In this document: piece after piece, positions 20,290 through 30,249 of the stretch | How the letters are laid out: every line of letters starts with the position of its first letter | How positions within the stretch are numbered: position 1 is the stretch's first letter | Translations under genes and position numbers: made by a program | The notes under the pieces: model-generated | The model's input: the letters and a program-made list of their open reading frames with translations, nothing else | Databases searched by the model: none | What the model was told of the DNA's origin: nothing | IMG/VR virus record: IMGVR_UViG_3300042282_000085 | Direction: 5' to 3' (one strand) | Length of the DNA stretch: 64,000 nt | Origin: a virus | Lineage: Duplodnaviria; Caudoviricetes

Positions 20290-21006
20290 TCAGGGGTCAG
20301 TGGGCTCTATATCGTCAGGCAACATAAGGCTAAAGTAACGCAGGGGCATCAACTCAAATACCGCCAACTCGGCAAAGAGCATTCTAAAGGCATTGCCGAT
20401 AAAGGTTTGAGGCGGTACCTCACCGCTACACTGTAAGATCTCCGGTGCGTAGAAGTCCAACTTCGGCATAGGGTTTTCGGTTAAAGCTTCACCGTGTAGC
20501 GTGAACCATTCATCCAGGTCATGCCAGATGAAGGTGTTGTACTGTGCAAGCGTGGTTGGAGTGAGCCAGTCGACTGACGTACTGGTTAGGCGAACATCGT
20601 CGATCTGTGTGACGGAGCGTAAGATATCACAATAAAGCGATTGCTCTTCGTCCGTAAGGCGATACGGGTGCGTATTAACAATCAATCTAAGGGTTACGAT
20701 ATCCGGCTTAATGGCATCCTTGCTCCGATACCGCTGCTGGATGTCGTACAGTAGAGGTACGACAAGGGTAGCCATGGAGAGCTTAAGGGTCTCAATGTCA
20801 CGGTCTTTCCACAGCCGTTTAAAGGCATCCGGATTGATCCGATCATCGAGCAGCCAAAGCTCATTCGTACGTCGACTATGGTACCGGTCGTCTTTCAGGA
20901 TATCCGCGGCTACCGATTGATCTATGCGAGCCACCGTACCCATGCGGGTATCGAGAAGGCTATCCATAGACGCATAGACGGTGTGATACTCCTTGTCTGA
21001 AACCAT
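20290..21006 (-). CDS. Conserved phiKZ-like hypothetical protein
   Basis: 238 aa with DSLLDTR motif; coupled (TAATG overlap) to the RNAP fragment gene. Confidence 0.6.
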   Translation of the reverse strand: MVSDKEYHTVYASMDSLLDTRMGTVARIDQSVAADILKDDRYHSRRTNELWLLDDRINPDAFKRLWKDRDIETLKLSMATLVVPLLYDIQQRYRSKDAIKPDIVTLRLIVNTHPYRLTDEEQSLYCDILRSVTQIDDVRLTSTSVDWLTPTTLAQYNTFIWHDLDEWFTLHGEALTENPMPKLDFYAPEILQCSGEVPPQTFIGNAFRMLFAELAVFELMPLRYFSLMLPDDIEPTDP

Positions 21007-21680
21007 TACTGCTCCCCAATCGTGTTATCCAGGTGTACTGACAATAGTAATGCGCGTAGCGTTTTAATTGCAGTAGGTTTGCTGCCTAAGGCTTCGATCG
21101 CTTTAACGTTAAAGGTACCGGATTCCCGAATAGCTTCCTTCATAGCGGCTAAGGCTACATCATCACCGCCTCGTACTTTAATCAGCTCCAGTAGACTGGT
21201 TTCCAAGCCTTTAGACTCGATCACCAATAACTCAGGCAGTGAGATCTTCCCGCCCTTAGAGTCGCCGGTTACCTGGCCAGAGAGATGGTCAACAACCCGG
21301 TCATCCTCAGGAATCGACTGCTTCTTAATCAGGTGCTGTGACTGACGGCGCATGGCCACATCCAGCACCATGTACGATAATGGCGTGGTGTATTCCTCAC
21401 CCGTCTCGGGGTCAGTTAAGACGAGTTGTTCAAAGAACTTTGCGCCTAACTCTTCGCCAACTTTAACGGTGCGGTTAATGTCAAGTTTGATGTCATTGGC
21501 ATTGGGGATAATGAGGTGGATGGTTTCACGTCCACTATCCAGCGCATCAATCCAGCGTTCAAACTCAGCGTCTGACATGGATTTAAATAATGCGGTGTAC
21601 AGGGCTGCGTTTACGTCACCGCCCTCTAATTCCTTTAGATATTTAATTACAGCGGCTTCTGCTGCTTTACGGTTAGCCAT
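21006..21680 (-). CDS. rpoB: Virion RNAP beta subunit, C-terminal fragment (phiKZ gp149-like)
   Basis: RRQSQHLIKK...DHLSGQVTGDSKGGKISLPE...ELIKVRGGD corresponds to the beta C-terminal TQQP.GG..FGEME...EMLT.KSDD region. Confidence 0.85.
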   Translation of the reverse strand: MANRKAAEAAVIKYLKELEGGDVNAALYTALFKSMSDAEFERWIDALDSGRETIHLIIPNANDIKLDINRTVKVGEELGAKFFEQLVLTDPETGEEYTTPLSYMVLDVAMRRQSQHLIKKQSIPEDDRVVDHLSGQVTGDSKGGKISLPELLVIESKGLETSLLELIKVRGGDDVALAAMKEAIRESGTFNVKAIEALGSKPTAIKTLRALLLSVHLDNTIGEQ

Positions 21681-21725
21681 ACTAGACCTCTAGATAGGTG
21701 GGTTCTATAGAATCCAGTCACCCCA

Positions 21726-22061
21726 CTACCCATACTGGTACCGCTCCATCGGGTACACGGTCTGTGTGGTATCCGGTAGGTTATAGTCCACGATCAGGGG
21801 TATGATCAAATGCTTGAACTGAGCCATGAATTCAGGTAACGTATTGCACCGTAACAGGGCCAAGGCAGTGAGATCTACCGGGTAGCCTCGGCTGGCCAGT
21901 TGGTCCAGCCAATAGTTGGTTGCCCATCGAATTTGGTTAGCTGCAGGTACTCGGTTTAGATTGGGGAGGTTAGCCGAGACGTGTTCTAAGAACCGCTCGG
22001 CATTATCACCATCGACCTCAATCATAATCTCGTAGTGCATGCCGTTGATGATATTTGACAT
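21726..22061 (-). CDS. Hypothetical protein
   Basis: 111-aa ORF between the recombinase and the RNAP fragment. Confidence 0.55.
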   Translation of the reverse strand: MSNIINGMHYEIMIEVDGDNAERFLEHVSANLPNLNRVPAANQIRWATNYWLDQLASRGYPVDLTALALLRCNTLPEFMAQFKHLIIPLIVDYNLPDTTQTVYPMERYQYG

Positions 22062-22071
22062 GTGTCACCTT

Positions 22072-23484
22072 TTATGTCTTTTTAGGGTACCACCAGGGTA
22101 CATACTGACCTGCCCGCATACGGAGTAGGTCCATTGTTGAGAGGAAAGGTTTCTCTTTTGATTCATCGCATTCAAAGACCCAGTAGTCGCGGGTATCTAG
22201 CAGAATATCCCAATCATACCCGAGCTCTTTAATGTCCTTATAGAGGACGTCTGGTGTGACATGGAGTGCAGGGTCAATGTCGGACCAATAGAGCTCCATC
22301 TGACGCAGCTGTGTAACAATCTCCAATGCCCGACACAGTTTCGGATCTTCATCGATCTTGCTACGGATTGTAGTGCGGGACAATGTCACCTCAGGATAGA
22401 TATCCAGTACGTACGTGGTATTGTTGCCGCTGAAGCCGTAATTCTGACCCTTCAGGAAATGGAAGTTAGTCAGATGGGGGAGTAAGCCTTCAGACTGTGA
22501 AATGACCAGCTCGAACTTAATGCCCGAGGGGCCATTTTTGTTACGGGTGTTGACCATGTGTACCACAGTCAGATCCGAGGTACCGGCGATACGGTCAGAG
22601 TCTGACTTCGGATATCGAGCAGACTTATCTGCACTCGAGTTGTACAATACCTTCGCATCGAAGATCTCGAACAGGTTATTGTTAATGAACGAGAACTTCT
22701 CCGGTACACCTTTGGTCTTAGTGCCACTGCGAGAGTGGGTCAGTTTAGGGGCCTTAGGGGCATAGGGGTCCATCTCTATACCCATGCCAATGTGAGCCAC
22801 CAGGAAGAAGTAAAGACCACCTTGTACCCCCATGTTAGGGAGCTGTGTGATAAGCTGTGTCTTAGCGGCACCGTCCTTCATGAACTGAGTGTTTGCCCCA
22901 GACTCACCGACTGCATTCTTGTCGACTAACTTATCCTGTACCGCTGACACCTTAAACTCAGTCAGACTGTCAATATTAACCAGCATCGGTGGTAGAATAG
23001 CAATCTGTTTACCCGAATCGTCATAAAAGGGTGTACCGATCTCCAGCTTCTTACTGGCCTTAGCGCGCTCACGAGACCCTTCTTTGATTAACTCAAAGTA
23101 GTCGTCACCCAGAATATCAGCGGACTGGGTAAGGCGCAGCTTGTTAGCCCCCTCAGCACTGGAGAAGTCCATGTCTTTAAGCTGCCAGTGTCGATTGGCG
23201 GCGCGGTTCAACCGCTTGTAGGTCATGGAGTTTTCAGTATCGTACGCGGCCCCTTGAGAGGGGCTGTAACGGGCCATGACCGTAAAGAAAAGGTAATTAA
23301 GTATCTCAGACTTAAAGGTATTACCTGGTCCTGCAATGGAGTTAACCGTGGAAACCCCTGCATTGAGGATGGACTCGCCATGTTGACCCAATACGTAGTT
23401 TCCAGTCGGTATATCAAACACAGACCCTACGTTTAGATGGGGGCGTAATTTAGGAGCCTGTGGCAATGAATCAAAAAATCCCAT
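22072..23484 (-). CDS. uvsX: RecA/UvsX-like recombinase (phiKZ gp152-like)
   Basis: Walker A-like GPGNTFKS, YDTENS, IDSLT and RNKNGPSG motifs; synteny with gp149 and RNase H. Confidence 0.82.
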   Translation of the reverse strand: MGFFDSLPQAPKLRPHLNVGSVFDIPTGNYVLGQHGESILNAGVSTVNSIAGPGNTFKSEILNYLFFTVMARYSPSQGAAYDTENSMTYKRLNRAANRHWQLKDMDFSSAEGANKLRLTQSADILGDDYFELIKEGSRERAKASKKLEIGTPFYDDSGKQIAILPPMLVNIDSLTEFKVSAVQDKLVDKNAVGESGANTQFMKDGAAKTQLITQLPNMGVQGGLYFFLVAHIGMGIEMDPYAPKAPKLTHSRSGTKTKGVPEKFSFINNNLFEIFDAKVLYNSSADKSARYPKSDSDRIAGTSDLTVVHMVNTRNKNGPSGIKFELVISQSEGLLPHLTNFHFLKGQNYGFSGNNTTYVLDIYPEVTLSRTTIRSKIDEDPKLCRALEIVTQLRQMELYWSDIDPALHVTPDVLYKDIKELGYDWDILLDTRDYWVFECDESKEKPFLSTMDLLRMRAGQYVPWWYPKKT

Positions 23485-23544
23485 TATCGTAATCCTTTCA
23501 GAGTGTCCTGTAGTAAACTATACCATCAAGAGGGACGGTTAGTT

Positions 23545-23937
23545 TTAACTGCAGTATTTCTTTGCGCGGTTAAACTCCATAAACGTCTGATTGGGAATCG
23601 CCGTAACAAATGTAACACCCTTGTGAAAACTAACCACGATAGCGACACCTTCATACATGTAAGTACCGTTACGACCACCAATTAGAACATCAATCCCCCC
23701 GCCCATCGCCAATTCCCCTTCTTCAAGCTTCACGTGCGGCATGGGTGTTCCTGGAACAATAATAGCTCCATCCGGATGTCCCACTGACACTATGTGTAGC
23801 GTGTTACGTTCTAGGTCTAACACGCAGTTTGTCTTCACTGGTGGCCCGAGTGTAATCTTTTCACCTGCTGGATGTTCCAAGAAACGCTTGACTTGGTCAC
23901 TGGTACCACGGCGTAGTTTAATTTTAAAGTCAGCCAT
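23545..23937 (-). CDS. Hypothetical protein
   Basis: 130-aa ORF overlapping the end of the upstream gene. Confidence 0.55.
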   Translation of the reverse strand: MADFKIKLRRGTSDQVKRFLEHPAGEKITLGPPVKTNCVLDLERNTLHIVSVGHPDGAIIVPGTPMPHVKLEEGELAMGGGIDVLIGGRNGTYMYEGVAIVVSFHKGVTFVTAIPNQTFMEFNRAKKYCS

Positions 23938-24181
23938 GCTCGGATTCCTCTAATTCATTGTCGTCCCAACCTACGTTAACAACTGGCACATCAACCCACA
24001 TTATGCCGTCGTGAACACCATCATTATACCGCTGTGCAACTTGGAGCGTCTCACGTCCATCTGGTTTACGTGCAAGTCGTAATGCTTTTGGGACAATACC
24101 CACACTACGCGCAGATTTGCACTCTCCAACCGTATTTGCCTGGAGACTGTCGCGCATTTCATCTACTCGGTTAATTCCCAT
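23930..24181 (-). CDS. Hypothetical protein
   Basis: 83-aa ORF with GGAG RBS. Confidence 0.55.
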   Translation of the reverse strand: MGINRVDEMRDSLQANTVGECKSARSVGIVPKALRLARKPDGRETLQVAQRYNDGVHDGIMWVDVPVVNVGWDDNELEESEHG

Positions 24182-24320
24182 TGCTTTCTCCTGTTGTAAT
24201 ACAGGATCGCAGTGTCATGTTATTGTAAATTTACACACATAGTACGGTTACTGCCTAAATCGTATGTCCATTGATTATTAGGGCATTCGCCCCTAACCCT
24301 CTGCCGAGATCGGAGTTTTT

Positions 24321-25157
24321 ATGAGCAACTTACTATTAGTATCCCTTCTAGAAGACCAACAGGCTGAGGCTGAACTCCAGTCAGTTGGTATTGAAGGGTT
24401 CACCCATTTGTTTGATTACCTGTCTGAGGTAGGCAATTTACTCTCGGGTCACTTTGGTGACATACTGAAGAAATTGGAACCGATCAATGCAGGCAGTGCC
24501 TTTAGTCGTAACCTGGTGAAGTTGATGGGTGAGATTCCCTACGACGTCGTCAGTAAGATTACCGTCTACCATCCCGTGGGTCTGTCGGAGTACATGGTGC
24601 CGTTTATCGTACACATGAACCGTTCACTGGAGATGTTGGATAAAATCGATGAGCGCCTGTATACGCCGCTCTCAACCTACATGGGTGAGCTATTGAGTCA
24701 GCCCGACAGTGCGGATAAGCTGTGGGTCGCCCGGGATCTGAAGCCAGTGGACATTGAATCAACGAAGGCAACCTTCGAGTCGTTCTTTGACCCACGCATT
24801 AAAGCACGTAGTACAACACTGACGGCTCCCTTTGAGAAACTATACCGCACCAATAGTGATTTTCTGGAAGCCGGCAAGCAGTTGAAACTGCTGATCGAAC
24901 GCATTAACGGCATTGACTTTAACCGTATCCGTAAAGCGGAAAAGACGCTGTCTGATCGCATTAAAGCCTACGCCGATTACGTACAGAAAAACGAAGACGC
25001 TGCGATTCGTAACAAACAGTCTCTGCGTAAGCTGGCGGATACGGTTCGCTCTATTGCAAATGAAACTGAATATTTCGCTTTGATGGTCTACACGGCTAAA
25101 ACGGTGCAGGTTGCCGTTTCAGATTCTGCTGAACGCCTTGAGAAGGCCTTAAAATAA
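24321..25157 (+). CDS. Putative virion head protein
   Basis: GGAG RBS; N-terminal SVGIEG fits the S/A/G-X-E prohead-protease site; position between UvsX and RNase H matches phiKZ gp153. Confidence 0.6.
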   Translation: MSNLLLVSLLEDQQAEAELQSVGIEGFTHLFDYLSEVGNLLSGHFGDILKKLEPINAGSAFSRNLVKLMGEIPYDVVSKITVYHPVGLSEYMVPFIVHMNRSLEMLDKIDERLYTPLSTYMGELLSQPDSADKLWVARDLKPVDIESTKATFESFFDPRIKARSTTLTAPFEKLYRTNSDFLEAGKQLKLLIERINGIDFNRIRKAEKTLSDRIKAYADYVQKNEDAAIRNKQSLRKLADTVRSIANETEYFALMVYTAKTVQVAVSDSAERLEKALK

Positions 25158-25168
25158 AGGAAAGAGAT

Positions 25169-26326
25169 ATGTACCCTACTGTATCTGGAAATACACTCGA
25201 TAGTGTAGCCGTGGAACAATTGTTCAATCTGGCTAATGGGTTAAGTAATATCATAGTCACATACGGTGACGAGTCCAAAGCACTACCGGTTGCTTGCGCC
25301 TGTGCCAGCGGCATCATTAAGGGCGTTGGGCTGGAAAGCGGTGAAATTGTTTCCATGGAAGGCATTGTGGATTGGTTGAAGAAGACCTACAATGCGATTA
25401 AAAACAAAATCAGTGACGCAATGGATGCCGTATCGGCTAAACTGTCAAAACTGTCCAGCGACGTTAAGATGCATAGTAAGGAATTTGACCTTGCGGTTAA
25501 GCAGTTTGATCGGGTGAAGGATAAAAAGGACGGACCGAAAACTGTAACCGTGGGCCCTACAATCTGGACACTTCTGATTGGTGAGAAGCTGCCTTCCGAT
25601 CTTGCGCGTGAGTTTAAACGCCTGTACGATGAGGCGCCCGACACCGGTGCCGCCAGTAAACTTATCGAGACACTGGTGGACGGAAGCACTGCGAAGAAAC
25701 TGCACGATGGATACAGGAAGGGCGGACTCGGCGACGCCGTGGGTGAACTGCAGGAGCTGAGTGACTCGACGCAAGAGGCGGTTGAGAAAACCACTCTGAA
25801 AAATACTAAACCCGTCAAACAATCGGACACAAATTTCAAAGGTAAGATCGAGGGTAAGCTCGTTGCAACGGACTATTACCTGGGTAATTGGCGTGCTATA
25901 TTTGAATTGCCTGCCGATAAAAAGGACATTGGTAGTACCCAGTGGGGCACGCAAAACATGCCAGGCACGGCCGGCAAGGATCGCTCTGAGTTAGAAACAC
26001 CGACTCTAACCGCTGGGGAAGTGGCTAACGCCGTTGGTGCACTGAAACCTATCTTTACCCAGTTGGCCGATAGCGAGAAAACCATCCGGGCACTTACAAA
26101 GGGATACAATACTCTTGTTAGTGCTGCAAATGAGATTGGCAGTTTTGCATCCTGGAGGGGGGAAAGCAAAGAGTGGTTTGACGCCTATAATAACCTTATC
26201 CGATACCAGCTAGACGTACTTAACATGATCGGTAGTCTGTATGCCGTCTATGGTAACCGAACATTGAATTCTGTCGCTACTTATACCCGGTACGTTAAAG
26301 CCTCTACCAAGGCTTTAGAAGGGTAA
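25169..26326 (+). CDS. Inner head protein (phiKZ gp93/gp162-like)
   Basis: Propeptide with VGLES and VSMEG cleavage motifs followed by IVDWLKKTYNAIK amphipathic helix. Confidence 0.65.
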   Translation: MYPTVSGNTLDSVAVEQLFNLANGLSNIIVTYGDESKALPVACACASGIIKGVGLESGEIVSMEGIVDWLKKTYNAIKNKISDAMDAVSAKLSKLSSDVKMHSKEFDLAVKQFDRVKDKKDGPKTVTVGPTIWTLLIGEKLPSDLAREFKRLYDEAPDTGAASKLIETLVDGSTAKKLHDGYRKGGLGDAVGELQELSDSTQEAVEKTTLKNTKPVKQSDTNFKGKIEGKLVATDYYLGNWRAIFELPADKKDIGSTQWGTQNMPGTAGKDRSELETPTLTAGEVANAVGALKPIFTQLADSEKTIRALTKGYNTLVSAANEIGSFASWRGESKEWFDAYNNLIRYQLDVLNMIGSLYAVYGNRTLNSVATYTRYVKASTKALEG

Positions 26327-26374
26327 AGAAAAAAAAGAATACTACACTCCACCGGGTAATCCCGGTGGAGTGTA
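26325..26374. terminator. Terminator between convergent genes
   Basis: TACACTCCACCGGG-TAAT-CCCGGTGGAGTGTA preceded by an A-run. Confidence 0.78.
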
Positions 26375-26377
26375 TGC

Positions 26378-26659
26378 TTATTTTGGCAACGATCCAAGTC
26401 TTAGGGTGTAAGGGTTGACAGTGTAGCCTTGGCGTTTTAGATACCCTAAAATACACATCTTAAGGTTATACTCCTCATTACGAGGATGGTAGGTCAGACG
26501 GTACTTACCCGTATACTGTTCTGTACCTACACAATAGTCATCAAATCTCTGGACGATTGTGTGGGTTCTAGAATGGGGTGCCTCGTAGAAGAATACGATC
26601 GTAGTGCCTGGTACCATATGCTCTTCTAGCTCAAAGTGATATACAGTAGTCATGCACAC
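26378..26659 (-). CDS. Hypothetical protein
   Basis: 93-aa ORF overlapping the kinase stop. Confidence 0.55.
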   Translation of the reverse strand: MCMTTVYHFELEEHMVPGTTIVFFYEAPHSRTHTIVQRFDDYCVGTEQYTGKYRLTYHPRNEEYNLKMCILGYLKRQGYTVNPYTLRLGSLPK

Positions 26660-27099
26660 ACCTGCTCCGCTAAGGCCACTACCCCATCTACGACATCTGG
26701 CGTAATCTCCCGACCCACCAGGATTCCATTAGGGTAATCCTCCCAGCGTTCGCGCATGTGGGCTATAGCGTCTTCCGGAACCCCATGTACGTTATCGTAA
26801 TCGCCCGTGCACTGTACCACCGCATAGGGGTGACCCATTGCCATGTACGCTTCCATCTCCCACAGACGGGTAAAGGTATTAGACACCACTACCGACTTAC
26901 CTTCCTCCAAGGCAGACTGCACGGCTTCTTGACACCACGCGTGGGCATCCTTAATGCGGGTACCGTCATACTCGTATTCACCCGACTCCGTTATAAAGTA
27001 CTGGTCGGCCTCTACATGTTTAAAGCCAAAGCGCTGCTTTAATGCGGTGGCCAGGGTACTCTTACCCGAACCCGGTAATCCACGTACAATAATGAGCAT
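26650..27099 (-). CDS. P-loop kinase/ATPase (AAA_33-like)
   Basis: IVRGLPGSGKST Walker A; VVVSNTF and NVHGVP motifs. Confidence 0.85.
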   Translation of the reverse strand: MLIIVRGLPGSGKSTLATALKQRFGFKHVEADQYFITESGEYEYDGTRIKDAHAWCQEAVQSALEEGKSVVVSNTFTRLWEMEAYMAMGHPYAVVQCTGDYDNVHGVPEDAIAHMRERWEDYPNGILVGREITPDVVDGVVALAEQVCA

Positions 27100-27134
27100 C
27101 TGTAATCTCCATCATAGGGTATATATCTACAACT

Positions 27135-27145
27135 GTAATATAGGT
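27135..27145 (-). promoter_or_regulatory. phiKZ-type early promoter (ACCTATATTAC)
   Basis: Exact motif about 35 nt upstream of the kinase start. Confidence 0.65.
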
Positions 27146-27493
27146 CTACATCTCAAGTAAACGGGCTACCTTGTTACGCATCTTACGACGCCATACAATC
27201 GGCATCCCCTTACCGTATCCTTCAAATACCTCTATTAGTTTAAAGAACTTGCCTCGGTGTGGCTCACCATAACAAACATAAATATAATCGACCCACCCAG
27301 GGCCCTGCCGAAGACTAAGCCGTTCTCTTATTATTTTAACCGCATCCTCATCTAACTCTACTACGGACATTCCATCAAAGGTACGGTAGTCTGGCTCATA
27401 TAGCTTAACCATCTCTGTAGCCCTACAACTCAATGACATACAAACCGGCTGTCTCCAGGGAATCCCCCTGGAGACACGGGTCAGCAGACCCAC
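27146..27493 (-). CDS. Hypothetical protein
   Basis: 115-aa ORF; start uncertain. Confidence 0.45.
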   Translation of the reverse strand: MGLLTRVSRGIPWRQPVCMSLSCRATEMVKLYEPDYRTFDGMSVVELDEDAVKIIRERLSLRQGPGWVDYIYVCYGEPHRGKFFKLIEVFEGYGKGMPIVWRRKMRNKVARLLEM

Positions 27494-27504
27494 CGGTAGT
27501 GTGA

Positions 27505-28977
27505 TTAAAGCGTAGGCTTTAGGTTACTAAAAGGACTTGCGTAGATGGCACGGTCGTCGTCTGCTTCGATGATTACCGCGTATCGGAACCCGGCGTTCTG
27601 TTGACCGTATTTAACCAGCACAACTTTCATATGATCGACTGTTTTACCCACGGCATTCAAATGGTTGCGGGTAGGGAGGTCGATATTGAAGGTGAGGGTT
27701 AAACTGATCGTCTTATTGCCGTGTAAAACAGGGATCGTGACGGCGGCGTCGCTGCCTTTAATCTCCTTTAACAACTTCCACTCTTTCTTACCTTTGGTTA
27801 CTAAGTGTTCAGTAATGTCCAGGTATTCAGTGCGGGTACAGCTGTGGTTAGTGGTATAGCGTTCTAATTGATCCAGTAGCTGCATTAAGGTGTCCACACC
27901 TTCATATGCGCGTCTGGGTGGTCTGACGTAAATCGTTAGCGGTTCTCCTTCCACCGTAACAATGTTCAGTCGCTTATGGTCCAAATGGGCCTTACCGTGG
28001 ACGGTCAACTGCTCCCAAATCGCGGGCTTAGTGACACGGTCCATCATCATAATGACCGGCTGGACAAAGTCATCCGGGGTTACTGCATTTTGATGCTCAA
28101 TGATTGCTTCAAACTGCTCAACCGGATTCGGGGTTACTAACACCGACATTAGGCTGTCGGGTGCTTCCGTTCCAAAGTGCTTACCGTTAAACCCACCGCG
28201 GTCGTCAAAGTTCGCTGACAAATAAATGTGGCGGTTATCGACTGTACGCATGGGGGTATTCGTGGTGAACACCAACCGCTTACCCGAGATGAGTTTATTA
28301 TAGGACGCGGGCTTGGGCCTACTGGACTTAGCAGCGCCCTCTGTACTGTCAGGGGTTTCCTCGGTGCCCTTCACCTGAATAACGAGGTCTTCTATTTTCT
28401 TTTCAGCCGCTAAACGGCCTCGGTTCGCATTCTGATCAGCACGCTCATTGCCAGGGTCATCGGAGTGACCCTTTACCCAGTGGTAGATGAGTTTGATCTT
28501 ACGCTGCTTTACATCCTGTTGAAGGCCGTCGATGGTTTGCCACATATCCATGTTGGAGATGGCATTACCTTCTTTCGTCTTCCAGCCATTCTTGCGCCAT
28601 CCTTTTATATGGCGCTCTGCCCCATCCAGTACATATCGACTATCAAAGTAGACATGTGCTTCTGCCCAGTGACCGGCTAACAGCAGCTCGAGTACCCGAA
28701 TGTAGGCCAGTAGTTCGGCGCGGTTATTCGTGACGACGTCACCAACATGACCAAAAATATCGAACTCGTTACCTGCATCGTCTTTACCGTAAATACCCAA
28801 ACCCCCCATGCCAGGGTTAGGGCGCGCTGAGCCATCACAGTAAAGGGTTAATACCTTACCTCCTTCCATTGCCTTAATCGCACTATAGCTATCGTCTTTA
28901 GCCAATAATGCATTACTCTCTTCTGCGCCTGCAGGTTCGTGTGTAACGTCCTGCTTATTCTTCTTCGCACGTCCCAT
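27505..28977 (-). CDS. rnhA: Ribonuclease HI with phage-specific C-terminal extension (phiKZ gp155-like)
   Basis: LYCDGSARPNPG, TNNRAEL, DSRYV and WVKGHSDDPGNERAD catalytic motifs. Confidence 0.93.
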   Translation of the reverse strand: MGRAKKNKQDVTHEPAGAEESNALLAKDDSYSAIKAMEGGKVLTLYCDGSARPNPGMGGLGIYGKDDAGNEFDIFGHVGDVVTNNRAELLAYIRVLELLLAGHWAEAHVYFDSRYVLDGAERHIKGWRKNGWKTKEGNAISNMDMWQTIDGLQQDVKQRKIKLIYHWVKGHSDDPGNERADQNANRGRLAAEKKIEDLVIQVKGTEETPDSTEGAAKSSRPKPASYNKLISGKRLVFTTNTPMRTVDNRHIYLSANFDDRGGFNGKHFGTEAPDSLMSVLVTPNPVEQFEAIIEHQNAVTPDDFVQPVIMMMDRVTKPAIWEQLTVHGKAHLDHKRLNIVTVEGEPLTIYVRPPRRAYEGVDTLMQLLDQLERYTTNHSCTRTEYLDITEHLVTKGKKEWKLLKEIKGSDAAVTIPVLHGNKTISLTLTFNIDLPTRNHLNAVGKTVDHMKVVLVKYGQQNAGFRYAVIIEADDDRAIYASPFSNLKPTL

Positions 28978-29350
28978 CTGTTCTTACTCCCTCGAGCCAG
29001 GTGTCAATTTGCCGTGTCCGTTTGAGCAATGCCTCTACCAGCTCTAACATACTGTCACGAGTCTGATAGGGAGTGATGTCAAATGCATCTTGCTCAATTA
29101 CCTTAACCAATCGCGTACAGAGCGTCTTCTGTGGCGAGGCATCGGCAGAAGGTGGACCGGAATCAGTGAATACCTGGGTGGTGATGGAGGGATAAGTGGT
29201 GGTTTGTGCGTACCCTGATCGGTGGTCAATCAGGGTGAGTTTAAGCTCCAGCGGTGGAGGCGGTGCGGGTGGTTGAGGGGAGGGTAGTATAACCATGCAT
29301 CCCGATAACACACTGCACCCTACCAATACCGCAGCACGTACATACTGCAT
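28955..29350 (-). CDS. Lipoprotein, candidate o-spanin
   Basis: From ATG 29350: MQYVRAAVLVGCSVLSGC lipobox then a Pro-rich stretch; TAATG coupling to the upstream membrane protein. Confidence 0.55.
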   Translation of the reverse strand: MQYVRAAVLVGCSVLSGCMVILPSPQPPAPPPPLELKLTLIDHRSGYAQTTTYPSITTQVFTDSGPPSADASPQKTLCTRLVKVIEQDAFDITPYQTRDSMLELVEALLKRTRQIDTWLEGVRTDGTCEEE

Positions 29351-29619
29351 TAAAGTTCTCCAGACTGATATTGCTGTAAGAGTGCTCGATAACGGTCCTG
29401 TTCTGAGGGCATCGTCCTGATAGGCTCTTCGGGTGGGGCAACGACTGTACATTCTTCACTGTTAATGGGTGTAGGAGGGGTAGCTACAGTGTCAAAGTAC
29501 CAGGTGGTACCTGAACCCGTGACTACCCCTATACACCCGTATACGAAGTACAGTAGTCGGTGTTTCAGCATAGGAGACTGTCTAACTTTCGTTAGGCAAA
29601 ATCGCAAGAACGCTTTCAT
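29350..29619 (-). CDS. Membrane-anchored protein, candidate i-spanin
   Basis: Basic N-terminus, one hydrophobic segment and a Pro-rich tail; directly upstream of the lipoprotein. Confidence 0.45.
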   Translation of the reverse strand: MKAFLRFCLTKVRQSPMLKHRLLYFVYGCIGVVTGSGTTWYFDTVATPPTPINSEECTVVAPPEEPIRTMPSEQDRYRALLQQYQSGEL

Positions 29620-29688
29620 TAGACCATCCTTATATGGCGTTCTAATATGGATGTGAACCAGATGATTCGCTCTGCGATTATTTTTAAC

Positions 29689-30249
29689 TTACAGGCATGT
29701 CCAGCTCACATCACTAACCTTAGCGACGTGTTGGTTAGCCTTCAGTATACCGCAACTACGGATGCGGGTACACTCGTGCACGGTACATATTTCCTTACCG
29801 TCCTCTACAATTCCCCAAAGATCGATACACTCCCACTCCATGGCATCCAGCACAGGGAAATAGGCATCTGCCAACTCTACTTCAGTATTCACTCTCGTTA
29901 GGTAGATACGGTTTGTATACGGAAGTGCATCCGCGTATACCTGAGCGCCCCCTACTACTATGGGCTGTAAACCAAGATCCAAAATACGGATGATGGCCTC
30001 TGGTAGGGACCTGACAATGATTAACCCTTCTTTAACCGGATAGTCTTCTTGTGACGTAATCATCACCGTCGTACGGCCAGGCAGAGGCTTACCGATAGAC
30101 TCGTATGTTTTACGACCCATAATCATTGCCTTACCCATGGTCGTGTCTTTAAACCACTGAAGGTCTTGAGGAATGTGCCAGGGAAGACCACCACCTACAC
30201 CGATCGCCCGATTGAGATCATGGGCTACAATCATTTCCAGTTCAATCAT
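29689..30249 (-). CDS. folA: Dihydrofolate reductase
   Basis: [41 protein letters not shown] and ADAYFP. Confidence 0.96.
   Translation of the reverse strand: MIELEMIVAHDLNRAIGVGGGLPWHIPQDLQWFKDTTMGKAMIMGRKTYESIGKPLPGRTTVMITSQEDYPVKEGLIIVRSLPEAIIRILDLGLQPIVVGGAQVYADALPYTNRIYLTRVNTEVELADAYFPVLDAMEWECIDLWGIVEDGKEICTVHECTRIRSCGILKANQHVAKVSDVSWTCL

Noticed and set aside
23545-23937. IKLRRGT...LEEGELA resemblance to Mtd-like N-termini
   Set aside because: Motif spacing is wrong and the context is non-structural; too weak to call.
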